Positions 36,927 to 38,200 of a stretch of DNA of 38,200 bases are shown piece after piece. The translations under genes and the position numbers were made by a program. The DNA lies in NCBI GenBank assembly GCA_021810725.1, contig JAJZIE010000003.1:1-38200 (forward strand). Direction: 5' to 3'. Origin of the DNA: Bacillota bacterium. Its GTDB lineage: Bacteria > Bacillota > Sulfobacillia > JAJZYS01 > JAJYTV01. The first letter of the stretch is position 1; each line of letters opens with the position of its first letter. Under the pieces are notes generated by a model. The model was not told where the DNA came from. It did not search any database and was given only the letters and a program-made list of their open reading frames with translations.

Positions 36927-38200
36927 TCCGATTCTCGTCGGCGTCACCCGCACCGTCCGCCTGCGCATCGCCGAGGGTGCGGACCCCGTCGCGACCCGGG
37001 CGATCGCGAGCACGCAGATCGAATGGGCCAAGGCCATACGTTTTTACACGGACCTGTTCCTCGAACACCCCGACGTCTACGAGGAGAAGAAAACCGTCAG
37101 GGCGCGCAAGGGCGGGGAACACGAGGTCTCCTGGACCGGGAAGGACCTGCTCACTTGGGCTGAGCGCGTGAGCGTGCGCACGGAGGATCACCCCACGGTA
37201 CTCCACGACTTCAGCGAGGTTTGCCCCCAGATGCCCGTCACGCTGCGCCGTGCGGCGCTCAATGCGGCCTCGGGTGCCGTCGCGAGCCATCTCACGAACC
37301 ACAAGCAGTGGGAGAAGGCGAGCCCTGCGACGCGTGGCAAGGAGCCGGGGGAGCCCGACCCGCACCCCAACCTGACGCTCTATGGCGGCATGTACCATCT
37401 GGATGTGGAGCGGCTGCGCAAGGGCGGGTGCCGGCTGAAGGTCTTCGCGGACGGTCGCTGGCGATGGACCGACGTGCCATTGCAGATGCCTCCCTATGCG
37501 CTCGACCTCTTTACCCAGTCGGAAGCGGAGCAGGCGCGCATCGCCGCGGAGCGGGCGGAGCAGAACGCCCGGATGATCGCCGAGGGGAGAGAACACCGCT
37601 CTGGTGAAGAAAGGGAGCGCCTGAGAGCGACTCCCGGCGTTTGGGTCGCGCAGTCACCGACGCTGGTCGCGAAGCCGGAGGGACTCTATCTGCACGTCCC
37701 CTTCGAGAAGCGCGTCGAGATCAAGGGCAAGGCGGAGGAGCGTCGTCTCGCGGAACCCGATCTCAAGGTGGGCACGATCGATCTCAACGCTGACTCAACC
37801 GTGGCCGCCGCCTGGGAAGGCGAGCGCTGCAAGGGTGTAGAGACCGTCTGGCACGCAGAGGAGAACGCAAAGCGCGAGCGTGCGCTCCGCAAGGTGGCGC
37901 GCAAGCAGAAGGCGTCGGGAACCCCGATCAAGGGTGAGCGCTCGAACCAAGACCTCTGGGGCTACATCCGCAACCTCGACGCCTCCCTGGCCTGGCAAGT
38001 CGCCGCGCGCATCGTCGCCTGGGCGGTCGCCCTCGGGCTGCAGGTCCTCGTCTTCGAGCACCTGCGCCCGTACCGTCCAGAGCGGGGTCTTTCCTCGAGT
38101 CGAAGGACGAACCGCAAGCGCTCCTACTGGCTGCGGGGGCAGGTCCTGAGGCATGTGCGTGATCTGGCCTTGCGCGAAGGGATCCTGGTCGTCGAGCGGA
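36919..38200 (+). CDS. tnpB: TnpB-like RNA-guided endonuclease (partial, >427 aa; not in ORF track)
   Basis: Manual translation from ATG 36919 (after GAGGTG) is open to the window end: MPDPILVGVTRTVRLRI...LRRAALNAASG...SPTLV...LHVPF... It contains RuvC-I VGTIDLNAD (D288) and RuvC-II LVFEHL (E380). Confidence 0.88.
   Translation, partial: MPDPILVGVTRTVRLRIAEGADPVATRAIASTQIEWAKAIRFYTDLFLEHPDVYEEKKTVRARKGGEHEVSWTGKDLLTWAERVSVRTEDHPTVLHDFSEVCPQMPVTLRRAALNAASGAVASHLTNHKQWEKASPATRGKEPGEPDPHPNLTLYGGMYHLDVERLRKGGCRLKVFADGRWRWTDVPLQMPPYALDLFTQSEAEQARIAAERAEQNARMIAEGREHRSGEERERLRATPGVWVAQSPTLVAKPEGLYLHVPFEKRVEIKGKAEERRLAEPDLKVGTIDLNADSTVAAAWEGERCKGVETVWHAEENAKRERALRKVARKQKASGTPIKGERSNQDLWGYIRNLDASLAWQVAARIVAWAVALGLQVLVFEHLRPYRPERGLSSSRRTNRKRSYWLRGQVLRHVRDLALREGILVVER

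Larger units (their letters stand above)
36225..38200 (+). mobile_element. IS607-family insertion sequence (tnpA serine recombinase + tnpB); right end outside window
   Basis: An HTH-serine recombinase ORF overlaps a RuvC ORF, and 10-bp-phased repeats sit at the left end. The left boundary is approximate. Confidence 0.88.

Noticed and set aside
36225-38200. Type V CRISPR-Cas locus
   Set aside because: No array or cas1/cas2 is present in the window, and the RuvC gene is coupled to an IS607 tnpA. The downstream sequence is not visible.

Overview
High-GC bacterial window, probably from a high-GC Bacillota (Firmicutes)-like monoderm. This is an inference from the strong GGAGG RBSs, a Bacillus-type narGHJI operon and a spore-protein-like Cys-rich domain. 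It is mostly an anaerobic-respiration region, in this order: (i) a self-contained operon for only the soluble arm of complex I (nuoBCD fusion, nuoE, nuoF, short nuoG, nuoI; no membrane subunits); (ii) hemerythrin-narGHJI followed by accessory genes (small helical protein, TDT/SLAC1 channel, atypical acyl-CoA dehydrogenase, second hemerythrin, AhpD/CMD, OsmC); (iii) a lipoprotein, moaA, an atypical LuxR-type regulator and tatA; (iv) a Tat-exported Mo-bisPGD oxidoreductase operon of unknown substrate (catalytic, 4Fe-4S, NrfD anchor, TorD chaperone, polyferredoxin); (v) an AAA ATPase bracketed by a degenerate duplication of the narK 3' end; (vi) narK; (vii) a Vgb-type beta-propeller fused to a Cys-rich domain; (viii) pabABC; (ix) an IS607-family element with an unusually long TnpB-like RuvC ORF that runs off the window and is absent from the ORF track. 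Several Crp/Fnr- or Rex-like boxes and a separate CGTAAGG motif link the promoters. I saw no rRNA, tRNA or CRISPR array.
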